A DNA stretch of 64,000 nt from Octopus sinensis (Eukaryota): positions 6,014,001-6,078,000 of the forward strand of contig NC_043006.1 of NCBI RefSeq assembly GCF_006345805.1, written 5' to 3'. The notes beneath the pieces are model-generated. The model was not told the origin of the DNA. It saw nothing but the letters and a program-made list of their open reading frames with translations, and searched no databases. Positions 27,301 to 40,520 of this stretch are shown here, piece after piece. A program made the position numbers and the translations under genes. The number at the start of each line of letters is the position of its first letter. Position 1 is the first letter of the stretch.

Positions 27301-30300
27301 TGTCTCTGATTCTCACTAATTGCACATGTTTCTGTTCCACTAAACTTTGCATCAACTGTTGTGCTCAATCCTTCACTCTGAAGATTAATACTCGGTGGAA
27401 TTCTGTTCCTTTTCAAGAAAAGTGGGGCATTATATCAAGAACGATGCCAAAAATTTATGTTTAAATACTTCTTTGTTGTAATTAGCTTGATTACAGCTAA
27501 GCAGTTTACGTTCTTCGGAACATGCCCTTTGCTCCTGGCATTGCAGGGAATTCAGTTTCAATCTTGAAATGTAAATGGAGTTACAATTTCTACCACTATG
27601 GAAAAAATGTATTTCTATTCAGTTATGAAGTCGGGCAACATTTAATAAATAACCAGCGATGGAGCCTACCAGTGAGTAAAAACATTTATAACTAAGTGAA
27701 CTACATTATAAAAAGCTATATCTTGACTCAGGGTAGGATTCGAAATATCTACTCCTTAGTGGTTAAGCAGAATGGAGGGAAAAGGAAAATAAATTATATA
27801 TGAAAGAAAGAATTTTGAAATTTTGTCTATGATTGATAATAATATTCTTTTTACTGTGATAGAAACAAAAGTTTATTAAAATACGTTAGGACACATCTTA
27901 GTTTCAGAACTTACACAGTGTCATCGTATTCTATGGGGGAAATATATTCAAATAATAATGGGGGGGGAGACATAGCTAAGAAAATTATGTCCCTTTTATT
28001 TTTGACATTTTCAACAGCTAGATTATCAAAGAAAGTTTATTTACCATATTTAATCAGCACAGATGTGAAGATTATTGCCAAGAGACAGTTATTTTGTATC
28101 GATAGAATTTATTTTCTAAAATTCGAGTTTGACAATATGGAATAGGTTTATTGAGAGTTGTGTTCTAAAGACGGTTGAAACTAAGAATTTCGGGGGTAAA
28201 CAGTTTGTCGGAAAGAGAAACTATTCTTCTCCTGGTTTGGTTTGTATGAATAAATCCAGATTAGTTGTGAACAATCATTGAATAAAGCAATTTTATAGAT
28301 TTAACAATGTTCTCAGTGTAAGAAGTAAAGTGATCAAAGAGTTGTTCGTAGTTTGGAAAGTTAGGAAAAAGAATATAATTTTGGAATCAGGAAGACAGAG
28401 ACTGTCAATCACAATAACATTTAGTTTTTATGTCTGGACATTAGATGCATCACAGGAATGGTCAACTCTTCTGTTGCTGGTGTTAAAGATGTCAATTTTA
28501 GAAAGAAAGTCGACTCGAGAAATCGACACTTTTATCCACAAGAAAAACGTTAGTAACCAAATATCGATCAATGAAAGAATTTATATTGTTTTTCTCTTCT
28601 TTTCAGTTTGTATTATTTATTTTTTATAAATAATTTATAGTCTTCGATTGGAAGATGATTTATTTTACCATCGGGAGTGTCTGGATAAAACAACAGTCTT
28701 CAAACACATCAGTGTTTTTCAATCTCCATAAACATTTGCTTCAGACCAAAAATACCTTAAAGTGTTTAGAATGGAATTTCTATGTTCTAAGTTCAAATTC
28801 CACCAAAGTCAATTTAACCTTTTGTCCTGTAATAACAATAAAATTGATTTTATTGCGTATATCTCTCTCCTTGTGCCGATTCAAGAGATATAAATATTTT
28901 TTTCTACAAAGGCGGCGAGCTGCCAGAATCGTTAGCAGCATTTCGTCAGGCTTTACGTTGTGATACAAATTCCATTGAGGTTGACTTTGTCTTCCATCTT
29001 GAGCACTGGGGCTTGATGTAATCGACTTACCCGCTCCCCGAAATTGCTGGCATTGTACCAAAATTTGAAGCCAATATTTGTTTCTACAGAGTAACTTCCA
29101 TTAGTCGACACGCTTATTGCAAACCCATCATGCGCCCACTAATTAATGTAGTAAGAGCAGTGAGTTTCATATTGTTCCCGTGACATAAGAATCTGCACAC
29201 AGCTGCCATCGTCGTATAAAAGTTGTCGGCAAAGATGGATTTTAAAAAAAAATTCAATGCATTTTTTATAGTGACACATTAGAGAAATAGATTCGATTGA
29301 CATTCTCAATGTAATGTTTTGTGAGATATTAATTATCAACATAGCAAACATAACAGATTATAGTCGAAGTATTTGCTTTTGGTCAACAGCAGTTTCTGTA
29401 AAATCAGTTGCAGAATTAAAGGTGTGCAACATGACACGTTTAAGACCCACGAGCCAGAACCCAATATCTTCACCACACAGACATTACACACCTCAGAAAA
29501 TTTTTTCCTAGAATACAATCAATTATTTCTTTCTCCAAAGCATTTTTACCGTATTCTTGAATTATAGTAGATACCACCGACTCTGTTATAATAAAAATAC
29601 CAATTTTATCAAGATTAGAGCAATAAAAAGTAGAGACGCCCTTGGTAGGGAACACGTAACAAATTAGCAATGTTCTTTTGCTACTCTAGGCACAAGACCC
29701 GAAATTCTGGTGAGGGGGGGGGCATCGATTAGATCGATCCCCAGTACGCAACTGGTACTTAATTTATCAACCCCGGCGAAGTTCGAAGTCAGAACGAAAA
29801 AACAAATGAAATACCTATTTCTTTACTACCCACAAGGGGCTAAACACAGAGGAGACAAACAAGGACAAACAGACGGATTAAGTCGATTATATCGACCCCA
29901 GTGCGTAACTGGTGCTTATTTAATCGACCCCGAAAGGATGAAAGGCAAAGTCGACCTCGGCGGAATTTGAACTCAGAACGTAACGGCAGACGAAATACCG
30001 CTAAGCATTTCACCCGGCGTGCTAACGGTTCTGCCAGCTCGCCGCCTTAAAGACGGACGAAATACCTCTGAGTACTTCGCCTAGTGTGCTAACCATTCTG
30101 CCAGCTCGCCGCCTTAACAAATTAGTAATATTACATCAAAACTGTTGTTAATAATATAACATCACGTAATGTTAGCAATTCCGAAAATGCATTCTTGCTC
30201 GGCGAATCTCGTTTCACTTTAACGGATTCTCTGGTTTTCTCCACTGTTCAAATTTAATATCATTCTCGAGACTTCAAAGACATCTCCTACTGAATTTCTC

Positions 30301-31699
30301 TATTTTCTGTTTTATTATTTTTACACAAAGGCTTCATCTTTGAAGTGCCATAATGATTTTTGCAACATCCTTATATTCCAAGTGAATGATCTGTCGACAT
30401 CTTGAAACCATTATTTTTCATTTGCAATTCAGTTCCAGTATTTTAGAAGCATTGGCAAATCATTACTTAAACCCGAATCACCGACGTAGCTTCCCTTCCT
30501 GGAAAAAAAATGCTTTAATAATATTCATAAAGAGAAGGATTTTAGGTTTTCTTTTTCAATTATAATTATTTTTCTAGTGAAGTTGGAGAAAAGGCCCACG
30601 CAGCTGTTTTATTGTATTTTTCTATAAAAGAAAAATGAAACATTACAAGCGAATTTATTGTGCTGGAAGTCGTTTAACTAAAAATTTAATAAAGTAAAAT
30701 TATATTGGACGCCTTTGTCCCAGTATTTGAAAATTTGAGAAACAGAATTGAGAAAATCCGATTAATAAACGGTGTTGAGCTATTTCCCCTTTGGAATATA
30801 ATCAGATCTGCTTCGGAGAACATTTAGATTTCTTCGAATCTTATTTCTCGAAATTTCGACAAAATCGGGAAAAACGGGCGTTTAAGAGAATAGAATTCTG
30901 TATAACTATTTCTTACTTTAATGTTATAGTCATAACATTAAGTAATTATTACATTGTGTTTATTTCACATCTCCACTTTTGAACCTTTTTTATGAATCTA
31001 ATTAATGATTAATCTCAATATAGTAATAGTCAGTATAAATATTGGTTGACTGGTTGGTCAACTGATTTCTCCAGTCGCGCTTTACATTATTGAGAGAGGG
31101 TTAAGGAAGAGTAAAGGAGATATACACAGAGTTGACATACGAAAAGGTGCAGGATCAGTGGAAGGAAAGAATCATAGAGGCGAGGAGGAAGAGGAGGAGG
31201 AGTAAGATGAGGATGAAGAAGAAGAGGAGGAGAAGGAAGAAGGGGAGGAGGAGCAGGAGGAGTTGTACAAACTAGAAATTTGTTTTATTAAATTTTATTT
31301 TAAGCTAATAAATATTTTTCTTTTAGAAATTAGAATTCATCATTTCGTATAAGCCTCAAGAAATCTGATAAAAATTAAATTATAATTGTTGCATGTATGC
31401 CGCATTTCCTGATATTGCGTATGGTGCAAAAACATAATTCCTCAGTTTTTACATATGGGGCAAATTGCTTACACCGACCCCTGCGCTCAACTGATACTTA
31501 TTTTACAGACCCCGAAAAGATGAAAGACAAAGTCGAACTCAGTAGGATTTGAACTCTGAACGTAAAGAACCGGAATTAATTCTGCGAAGAATTTTGTGCA
31601 GCGGGTGAATGATTCTAACTGCTCGACTCCCTGGCACTCTAGTGAATAATAATTTCTAATATTTCCAGCAAGTCTCAGATTTTGTGGGGGAAGGAAGAA

Positions 31700-33300
31700 A
31701 GGGGTAGTTAAAGTGGATTTAAATTACTGCAGGGGTAAAGAAAAACAAACCAAAACTATAATAAACAAGAGCCCTCAAAGAGTGTAAATCTCCGCCAAGG
31801 CAACACACGAACGTCCTTAATCTTTTATTACCCACATGTGGCTAAAAATGGAGGTTATACATGACAAAAACAATACAAAACACATAAACGGGGAAATAAA
31901 AATACAGAAAGAAATCGAGTAAGGAAGAAAAAAATAAAAAGAAACGAATGAAAATATGAAAATGATAAAATGAGGCGCAACGCCCACTCGACCCCCGAAG
32001 TGGTTACATTTAGACATTATTTTGGACAGATTTTTCCTCTTTTTTTCCTTTTTTCATAATTTAAAAAGTTCTCATCTTCATCATTTTTTTTAATATATAT
32101 TATTCATTTCTTTTTTAAGTTTTTCAACTCTTTACGTTCAATTACGGCTAGTAGGGTATCAAACCACACAGGCCCGACATTCAACATCACACGCTCCTCC
32201 TCCTCCTCCCTGAAATCCTCCATGGGCAGCCTCACCCCTACCAATCCCTTCCATTTGGAAACTTCCCCTTCCACATCTACACTCCACCGGTAGCAGACCA
32301 TGAATGTCTCATTTCCAAAACTGCGCTGCACACTTTCCTCCACCGACCCTCTCTCTCCTGGCTCCTCCTCTACTGTCCACGCATGCTTGAATATAGACGG
32401 CTCCTCACCCTCCTTGGGCGTCCCATCCGGTTCCGCCGCTGGTCCTTCCGAGCACTCTCATGACGTCGCCCCTCTCTTCTCTTTGGGGCCGACAAACCCA
32501 TCACTCCCACCATTTGAAGCCCTCGTTCCATCCTTTCTCGGCTCTCCCTCTTCCGCATCCTGGCGCACTCTATATCGCTCTTGCCATCTCCGTCTTTCAT
32601 TGTCTCAAATAGCATTCCAATCTCCACCTCCTCCCGGTCCCTCCCCACAGTCCTCACACTCTGAGGAGGCCCGTGATCGGGGCACCGCGTCCTCATGTGG
32701 CCTCCCACTCCACATTCGCAACAACTCGGTCGGCGCCCCTCAACAATCACCTCGAGGGATCTCTCTCCTGGAATCTTTTTCTGATAGGGAATCCCTTCAA
32801 TCTCGCCCGGCCCTACACGTGGGCAGTAGTGTCACCCCAACACCTTCCTCCCTTGCCAACGAAAGTTTCCGCTTTCATCAGGGGTCCCAAACACTCCACC
32901 ACGCCGTCCTCCGACAGAACCCCAATCCCATCGGTGGAGGCCGTTCGCGTGCGGTACACCACCGTCCCATCACTCTTATCCTTGACCGTTTCTTCTGCAG
33001 GGACCAGCTTTTATTGCGTCTCCCATCCCCTTTGCACAAACCGTTCACTTCTTATTCATTGTTATCTGTCTCGCGTTCAACGGCGTAGCTATTCCTACTG
33101 CAGCGGCTTTTGCATAGCTCTCCGTCTTGAGAAACCAACTTTTCAGCTCCACAATGGGGAGAAAACAGCAAAAAACAATCACGCGCGAGTCACTCAACAA
33201 TAATTTTCCACAGTGATATACAACAATTTCAACAACGGACAGTCTCAAAGAGAAAGCCTTCAACATGTAACAACAATCCAAAACCGCGGTCAAAAATGAC
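31700..33300 (-). mobile_element. Non-LTR element encoding only a degenerate ORF1/gag-like protein
   Basis: - strand frameshifted ORF with an exact CX2CX4HX4C knuckle (EGRRPSCCECGVGGHMRTRCP), followed by a charged region and a stop at ~32104, then an A-rich UTR. No RT follows. Confidence 0.6.
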
Positions 33301-33339
33301 GAAACTCAAACAAACAAGTTGCCAGTCCGCGACACCAAC

Positions 33340-33665
33340 GCCCTCTGAATGATTAGCCAGAGATGATTTTTAAAATGAGAATATCTAAAATAACTTGACT
33401 GCTCTCACAAACAAGAATACTAAAGATGAACCCGACCGCTCTCAAAAATTTTGTAAAAACAAAAACCGGAAAAATAATGCAGAATCCTTGTCCGGTACTG
33501 GATCGATCCCAAAATCTAATCAGTTCATGCCAGTCACAAGGCCAAACATCCCTGATAGTTTCATCCGAATCTATCCAGCAGTTCTTGAGATATCTTGTCC
33601 ACGGACGGACAAACAAACACGACTGAAAACAATACCTCCGCCTTCGTTAAGGCGGTGGTAATAAT
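33340..33665 (-). mobile_element. Helentron/HINE (DINE-1-like) non-autonomous element
   Basis: Subterminal hairpin TACCTCCGCCTT-CGTT-AAGGCGGTGGTA (33633-33660) next to a GGAC/AAAC microsatellite, with a typical GGATAGATTCGGATGAAACT segment on the - strand. Confidence 0.55.
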
Positions 33666-34449
33666 ATTACGCCAAGACGCGACTCTGTTCAAGAATTACC
33701 AAACAATAATTTATTTACAGTCTTTGCTAATAAAGAGATATTACCTGTGGTTGTCTTCCTCCCCACGGACGAGGATAGACAAAAATTGGTTTGTCTCTAT
33801 GGACTATATTTTATTTGCTTTCTCATTTCGACGATATTTCACATCAAAATGTCTGCTAGACACGTCGCCTATAAAACGAATATAATAATACACCGAGCAA
33901 AACAAATATAAAAAAAACAGCGTAAAAACAAATTATATCATAGAACAAATACTTCAGCAAAAAGGAAAAATAATGAAAATTTAAATAAACGTTTGATATG
34001 GAAAAAAAATGAAAAGAAATAGTCTTGTCGAACAACTTAAATATTTTGGATGATGGTTGTAACAACAACAATAGTCACGCAAAGACGAACATGTTATATA
34101 ATAGCAGAAATGAGACTTGAGACAAAAGCTAGCTTTGTCTCAGTCATTACACGGATAGAGTTTTTACTCTATCTGTGTAAACTTGGCAAAAGAATTAAAT
34201 GGCAGAATTTGGTAAAACCAGACTGTCTTTTTGCCTCAGGATCAAATCCAAGACGAAGAGAAAAATAACATGTCTGAAAATTTAGAAGTTTATAGTTTTC
34301 GTTTATTTTAGTGGTTTGCATGTAGATTAACGGTTTCCGTTTAGACCAGTGGTTTCCGTTTCCTGTCCAAACCCAGGCAGCAGTAGTTTTCTACACGAAG
34401 TATCGTAAATGTTTTCTTGATCAAGAAGGACAAGGCTTATAGTACTCTC

Positions 34450-35260
34450 AGCTATATTCTAATGGCTGCAGAATCAACCAAAACAGAAGCTGATATATTC
34501 ACATCCACCTCCACCCATACACTTGTGCCCCAGTATTTGTGGCAGAGAAATACAAGGGTAGCGATTGGGTACATGGAAAACGATGTGGATCTATTGATGG
34601 TTGCCCTCATTATATCGAAGTTGAGCAGGTGGTAAGCACAGGGATGACGATAGGTGACAAGAGGGGATATGATGGATTTACAAATCTCAGTGACCTCGAA
34701 GGTCACATACAGGAGGTTCAGTGAGCTGAGACAAAAGGGAGGGGCGCTCGACAAAAGACCTGGTTGTTATATGTGAAGTACTAAAGGCCAGTTGAGTGCC
34801 GTGGAGAACAAGAAAGGCTGGGAAAGTGGGAAAGAAAAGAAAGTAACAGAAAGCAGCTGTAGCAGCAACAAGGTCAGCACGTTCCACTTTCCAGTCACAG
34901 TTAAGAAATGATGGAGGATGTTACCTTGCGTTCGATTCTAGTGAGCAGGCCATAGTTAGCAGCCATTCCATCTCTGTCGTCCTGTGATAAGCAGAAGGAG
35001 ATACAGGAGGATTAAAAAGAACCAAACTATCGCTGAAAAATATAAGAGAGAAAAACAGCGAAGGAAGACTTCGGAAAAGTAAAGTGAAGCAGGAGAAGGA
35101 GATGTTTCTCCGCAGTTAAGTTATGAAAAAGTGGGTGAATGTAGCGAGAATAACTGACTCGAGACAAACGGGACTTCAAAGCATCCGTCTCTGGACAGAA
35201 AAGCACGGAGGTTAGCGAACTTGCCAAGGTACTCTTTGTATAAACATTGACTCGGAATCT
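34450..35260 (-). mobile_element. Highly decayed LINE apurinic-endonuclease region (CR1/Jockey/I-like)
   Basis: Frameshifted remnants LY(R)SPSA and TTRSFVERPSLL...LRGH*D resemble the YRSP and PTR...SLLDL...LG.SDH motifs of LINE APE domains. Confidence 0.4.
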
Positions 35261-36952
35261 GTAGGGATCCTTGATCCTCCCTGGGTGGAATTTTCCCTTA
35301 TCGAGGAATTTTATAATTTTCTGCTTAATTTTTAGTGTTTTTTTTTTTTTTGTTTACACGTGTTTATGTAACTCCCTAAATTCCTACTGTTCTTGTCATT
35401 TTATTGTCCAAAAAAAGTTTTGTGGTCCTAAAAGAAGTATCGTCACCATCATCATCATCATCATGATTATTATTGTTGTTATTATTATCATTATTATTAT
35501 CAGTAGTGGTGGTGGTGGTTGTAGTAGTAGTAGTAGTCGTCAAAGTCGGCGAGCTGGCAGAATCGTTACCACGCCGAGCAAAATGCTTAGCGGCATTTCG
35601 TCCGTCTTTACGTTCTGAGTTCAAATTTCGCCGGGGTCGTCTTTGCCTTTCATCTTTTCGGGGTTGATAAAACAAGTACCAGTTGAGTACTGGGGTCGAT
35701 GTAATCAACTTAACCCCTTCCCCGAAACGGCTGGCCTTGTGCCAAAATTTGAAATCCTTATTTTACTCACCTTTCAATTCATTCAACATTTCAAACCCTT
35801 CTTTTGATGTCGTTGTTTAACCTCGTGTCAGTTCTAATTGACTATCTCGTCTTTTCTTTATCTAAGACTACACTGACCAATGCGTCCTTCCTTATAGAAG
35901 GGGCTTTGGATACTACGACTAGCAGTTCGTGTGATCGCATATGGGTCTCTTTCTTGTTTCACAGCTTAAATTTGCATTCGACACCTAAGTTTCTCAAGTG
36001 ACCACTCATATAAATCCTGACCCGGGTCGGTGATTCGGGCGAGATGGCAGAAACGTTAGCACGCCGGGAGAAATGCTTAGCGATATTTCGTCTGCCGTTA
36101 CGTTCAGAGTTCAAATTCCGCCGAGGTCGACTTTGCCTTTCATCCTTTCGGGATCGATTAAATAAGTACCAGTTACGCACTGGGGTCGATGTAATCGACT
36201 TAATCCCTTTGTCTGTCCTTGTTTGTCCTCTCTGTGTTTAGCCCCCCGTGGGTAGTAAAGAAATAGGTGATTCGTCAAGACCCCCTGTTAACATTATGGT
36301 TGGCTTCAAACCCATTTCCTGTATCACTCAGTAGTGTAATCAATCTCGCTGTGGTTCCTGTCTCTTTTGTTCTGATAATTTAATCATTTTCACCAATACC
36401 AGAAAATCATTTCCCTAACAATCGGCCGTTTTGTCCTTCCTTTTCGCAGTGTTAACAACGTCATTCATAGGATGCATTACCGAACTCGTGTTTCGGTTAA
36501 CAGACTTCTGCAAACTTTTTTCGTTTCTAACTAAACCTATTTACAAGAGAAGCTGCTTCATCTTGAGACACATAAATTATCCATGTGAATGGAATATCTG
36601 AATGAAGAATATTGGTTTCTTTAAGCTTTTCTTAATTTATTTTTATCGGTTTCTTTTACTGAATGTGCAATATTGATTTTGTTTTTGTTTTTTTTAATAT
36701 CACACTTCAGTTGGCTGTTAATATTTATAAGCTCGGGGGGAAAAATCTTTCTTCCAAGCTAATAAGAGAGCTTCTACATAGTCGCTTAATGTGTTAGAAA
36801 TAACAGCAAAATTTCCCTCAAATCGTGCCTTAATGTTTTATTGTTGTTTTTTTTTAATTAGATAGTAAATTCATGAATAAACTAGACCCAAGAAAGACAA
36901 GTTGGTCACGACTGGAGAGCTGGGCTGGAGCTAAATATCAGCAGCAATAGCA

Positions 36953-37290
36953 GTGGAGGCGCAATGGCCCAATGGTTAGAGCAGCGGGCTCGCGGTCGGA
37001 GGATCGCGGTTTCGATTCCCAGACAGGGCGTTGTGTGTGTTTATTGAGCGAAAACACCTAAAGCTCCACGAGGCTCCGGCAGGGGGGGGGGCGACCCCTG
37101 TTGTACTCTTTCGCCCCAACTTTCTCTCACTCTTTCTTCCTGCTTCTTGTCCCCCGACTTCCTACGCAACCGCTGAGTCTGGATGCGCATTCATCCATCA
37201 GTCGATGCTCTCGGTGTCGGGGGTTGACCTGCTCTCTCTTCTGCGGGTCTTACAAATAGCAAAGGACCACGGTTCGGACTGCTTAACAGC
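36953..37290 (+). mobile_element. tRNA-derived SINE, core 1 with tail T4
   Basis: A box TGGCCCAATGG, B box GGTTTCGATTCCC; distinct tail from ~37140. Confidence 0.8.
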
Positions 37291-38526
37291 AACAGCAATA
37301 GCAAATGTTTCCATAGCTACTATATATAACCTAAGAGCAAGGGTATCCTTCCTTTGGTTCCCACACCCGAATATTTCAAGATAAGCTCATGCAACAGGGA
37401 TCAATGAGGGAGCCTCTTCGAGGTCATCCGGTTTGCTAGAAATAGCAGGCAAATATACATCAATCACTCCTTATAGTCTTAAAGAATAAGGACATGCTGA
37501 AAAGTGTAGTCCTTGATATAGAAAAGGCGGGATAGTCACACATGCAACAGTATTGATAATAGGATCATAGCTAATTACACACTCACACGCACACACCCAC
37601 ACGCACACACCCACACGCACACACCCACACGCACAGACACGTACACACACACACACATACACACACACACATGTCTTTATCTTTTATGTGTTTACTTGTT
37701 TTAGTTTCTTTCTTTTTTTACTTGTTTCAGTCATTTGACTGTGGCCATGCTGGAGCACCGCCTTTAGTCGAGCAAATCGACCAGAAGACTTATTCTTTGT
37801 AAGCCTAGTACTTATTCTATTGGTCTCTTTTGCCGAACCGCTAAGTTACGGGGACGTAAACGCACCAGCGTCGGTTGTCAAGCGATGGTGGGGAGGGGGA
37901 CAAACACAGACACACAAAGACATACACACTTATATATATATACATATATACGACAGGCTTCTTTCAGTTTCCGTCTACTAAATCCACTCACAAGGCTTTG
38001 GTCGGCCCAAGACTATAGTAGAAGACACTTGCCCAAGATACCACACAGTGGAAATGAACCCAGAACCATGTGGTTGGTAAGCAAGCTACTTACCCCACAG
38101 CCACTCCTACGCCTATGAGTTGACAATTTCATAGTTGGTATGCTGTCCTTTGCTGGTTTTTAAAATGCTTTCTTTGGGCGACAATCCTTCACTACTATGA
38201 CCGTTGTGACTAGTCCAGGCACGAGCACTGCCAGACATGCTGTGACTTCTGACATATTCACTGCGTCAACCAGTTCACTGTGACCTGTCTCTGTCTCAAT
38301 GGGTTGTGCCTACTGAATACTCTTAGACCCTGGAAGGTAATGCATGATCAACGACCAATGCCAGCAATTGCAGTCGGCAAACTTCACTTCTTGACAATGT
38401 CGCTGTTTCAGTCTAGATTGCTAAAAGGATGGAAGTATCAACGTAGACTCGTCGGATGATTAAGTAAGCGCACAAGCTGATTGGTCTGAAAGATGATTAG
38501 GTGTAAACGGCTGTTGATGCTACTTT

Positions 38527-38785
38527 GTCGTGGCTGCTTTTGATCTTCTGTGAGCAAGAGAAGTACAAAAAATGCTGCAATTCTTTTCATTCCTCGTAAT
38601 TCCTCGCTCAAAATTCGTTGCCAGGAGCTCCAGGACACACCAGTCATATCAATAAGTTCGTCAATTGTTCGGTGACGGTCCTTTAAGATCAGTTCATGTA
38701 TTTTCATGATGTTTTCATTCGTTCAGGAGGTCGACGGTCGTCCTGAACGAGGCTGGTCTTCAAACGACAAGTGACCATTCCTAAA
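38527..38785 (-). mobile_element. Inverted partial copy of the adjacent mariner
   Basis: Reverse complement of ~39264-39528 with few differences; translates KIHELILKDRHRTIDELIDMTGVSWSS... Confidence 0.85.
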
Positions 38786-38940
38786 GGAGAAGGCATGAAT
38801 TATAATTTTAGGCCAGTTTGCCAATTTGTGGACTTATATTCGAATCACTTGGGTTCCGTGCATGTATCAACATGCAGTATTTACCAGAGATGCAAAGTAT
38901 ACAAAACGGTTTTCTAATGAGATATCAAGCAAATAGCAAA

Positions 38941-39852
38941 TACGAGGAAGTACCCAAAGGTAACTGGAAACCTGCTGTAGCTCAGGCTTCCACCGCAAGA
39001 AACTACTTGATGCAACCCTCAGGTATCAGTCTGCCGACCGGTGTCATCGAGTGTGGTCCTACTGCCACTTAGTGCGTCTTTTTTTTGCAGTGCTTCTTCC
39101 CTGTTCCTCGATTTTTGCTATGACTGAAACGAAGGAACAGCGTGCTTCCGTGAAATTCTGTTTTCTGCTGGGGAAAACGTCAGTCGAAACAGTTGTCATG
39201 TTTCAAATAGCTTACAAGGACACAGCCATGACCAAAATACAAGTTTACGAGTGATTTTCCCATTTTAGGAATGGTCACTTGTCGCTTGAAGACCAGCCTC
39301 GTTCAGGACGACCGTCGACCTCCTGAACGAATGAAAACATCATGAAAATACATGAACTGATCTTAAAGGACCGTCACCGAACAATTGACGAACTTATTGA
39401 TATGACTGAACTTATGTGTCCTGGAGCTCCTGGCAACGAATTTTTGAGCGAGGAATTACGAGGAATGAAAGGAATTGCAGCATTTTTTGTACTTCTCTTG
39501 CTCACAGAAGATCAAAAGCAGTCACGACTGAATGCTTGTTTAAAACTGAAAGAACAGTTGGAAGTTGATCCGGACCTTATTTTGAAGGTCATCACTGGTG
39601 ACGGAAGCTGATGCTACGGAATTTGCAGATGTGGAAGAGGCGAAGAAAAAAAAAACGACGACGGTGGCGTTAAAAGACATCACTTCGAATAATGGAAGCT
39701 TCGAATGGAAGCTTCGAATAATGGAAAACGCGTCTGGGTCGATGCATTGCTTCAAATGGAGAATACTTTGAACGCGATAAAAGTGAAAACATGTAAAACT
39801 AAGTGAATACAATAGTACTGCAAAATTCGGTTTCTTTGGGGTAACCCTAGTA
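38941..39852 (+). mobile_element. Mariner element, internally deleted, pseudogenised transposase
   Basis: TA-flanked imperfect TIRs (TACGAGGAAGTACCCAAAG / rc TACTAGGGTTACCCCAAAG). The translation EQRASVKFCFLLGKT...EDQPRSGRP...KVITGD matches the mariner HTH region and first catalytic Asp. It contains stops and frameshifts. Confidence 0.85.
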
Positions 39853-40049
39853 TGTATTTATCCAATTTATTAATGCAGTGAATAAGGCCAAATTGTTACC
39901 TTCTTCATTGAAAATATCCATTATTGGGTCAACAGCTTTAATAACTTCAAAACTGTAGATGGAAATAATGTTGTTCATCTCTTTCCCATGGGTGTCAATA
40001 TAATAAAATGACTAAATACAATCAGAAACTGAAACTTGTTCAACAACAC

Positions 40050-40520
40050 ATATATCGATACTGATTGACAGCCGATACTGATTCCCTGCCAAGTGTCTTT
40101 TTATGTTGGGGAACAGATGATAGTCATATGGGACCAAATCTAAATAGGAACGTTGATCAACCTATCAAAAGCCGCAGTCACGCACAGAAGCCTTTGAAAG
40201 CAACGACTTATGTGCTGGAGCATTGACCTCTGTATTCGCCCGGCCTTACGCCTTCAGATTTCCTCGGTCTCTTCAAAATTCATTGAATGATCAGAACTTA
40301 AATTTGAAGGGAATGTAAAAATTCACCTGGAAGAGTTTTTCGCTAGTAAAGAAAGGAAATTCTTTGAGCGGGGAATAATGGATCTGCCCACAAAACAACA
40401 GAAGATATTTGAACGAAACGATAATTTTACCATTGATTGAATAAATCGCTTTGTATTTAAAACTTGCATCTTATTTTCGATAAAAAAAAAGACCAACGGA
40501 CCTTTTTGGCCAACCCAAAA
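40050..40520. mobile_element. Two mariner 3' remnants in opposite orientation
   Basis: - strand 40085-40150 reads YLDLVPYDYHLFPNIKRHLAG (SPDLAPSDY motif variant). + strand 40220-40520 has a YSPGLTPSDF-like segment and a TTGGCCAACCCAA-type terminus. Confidence 0.6.

Noticed and set aside
32300-33088. 262-aa + strand Ser/Pro-rich ORF
   Set aside because: It is the antisense shadow of the purine-rich ORF1-like retroelement on the - strand and has no recognisable domain.
36953-37030. tRNA-like sequences (also 10220-10290, 55221-55285, 63363-63435)
   Set aside because: They have A/B boxes but no complete cloverleaf or acceptor stem, and they continue into SINE bodies, so they are SINE heads rather than tRNA genes.
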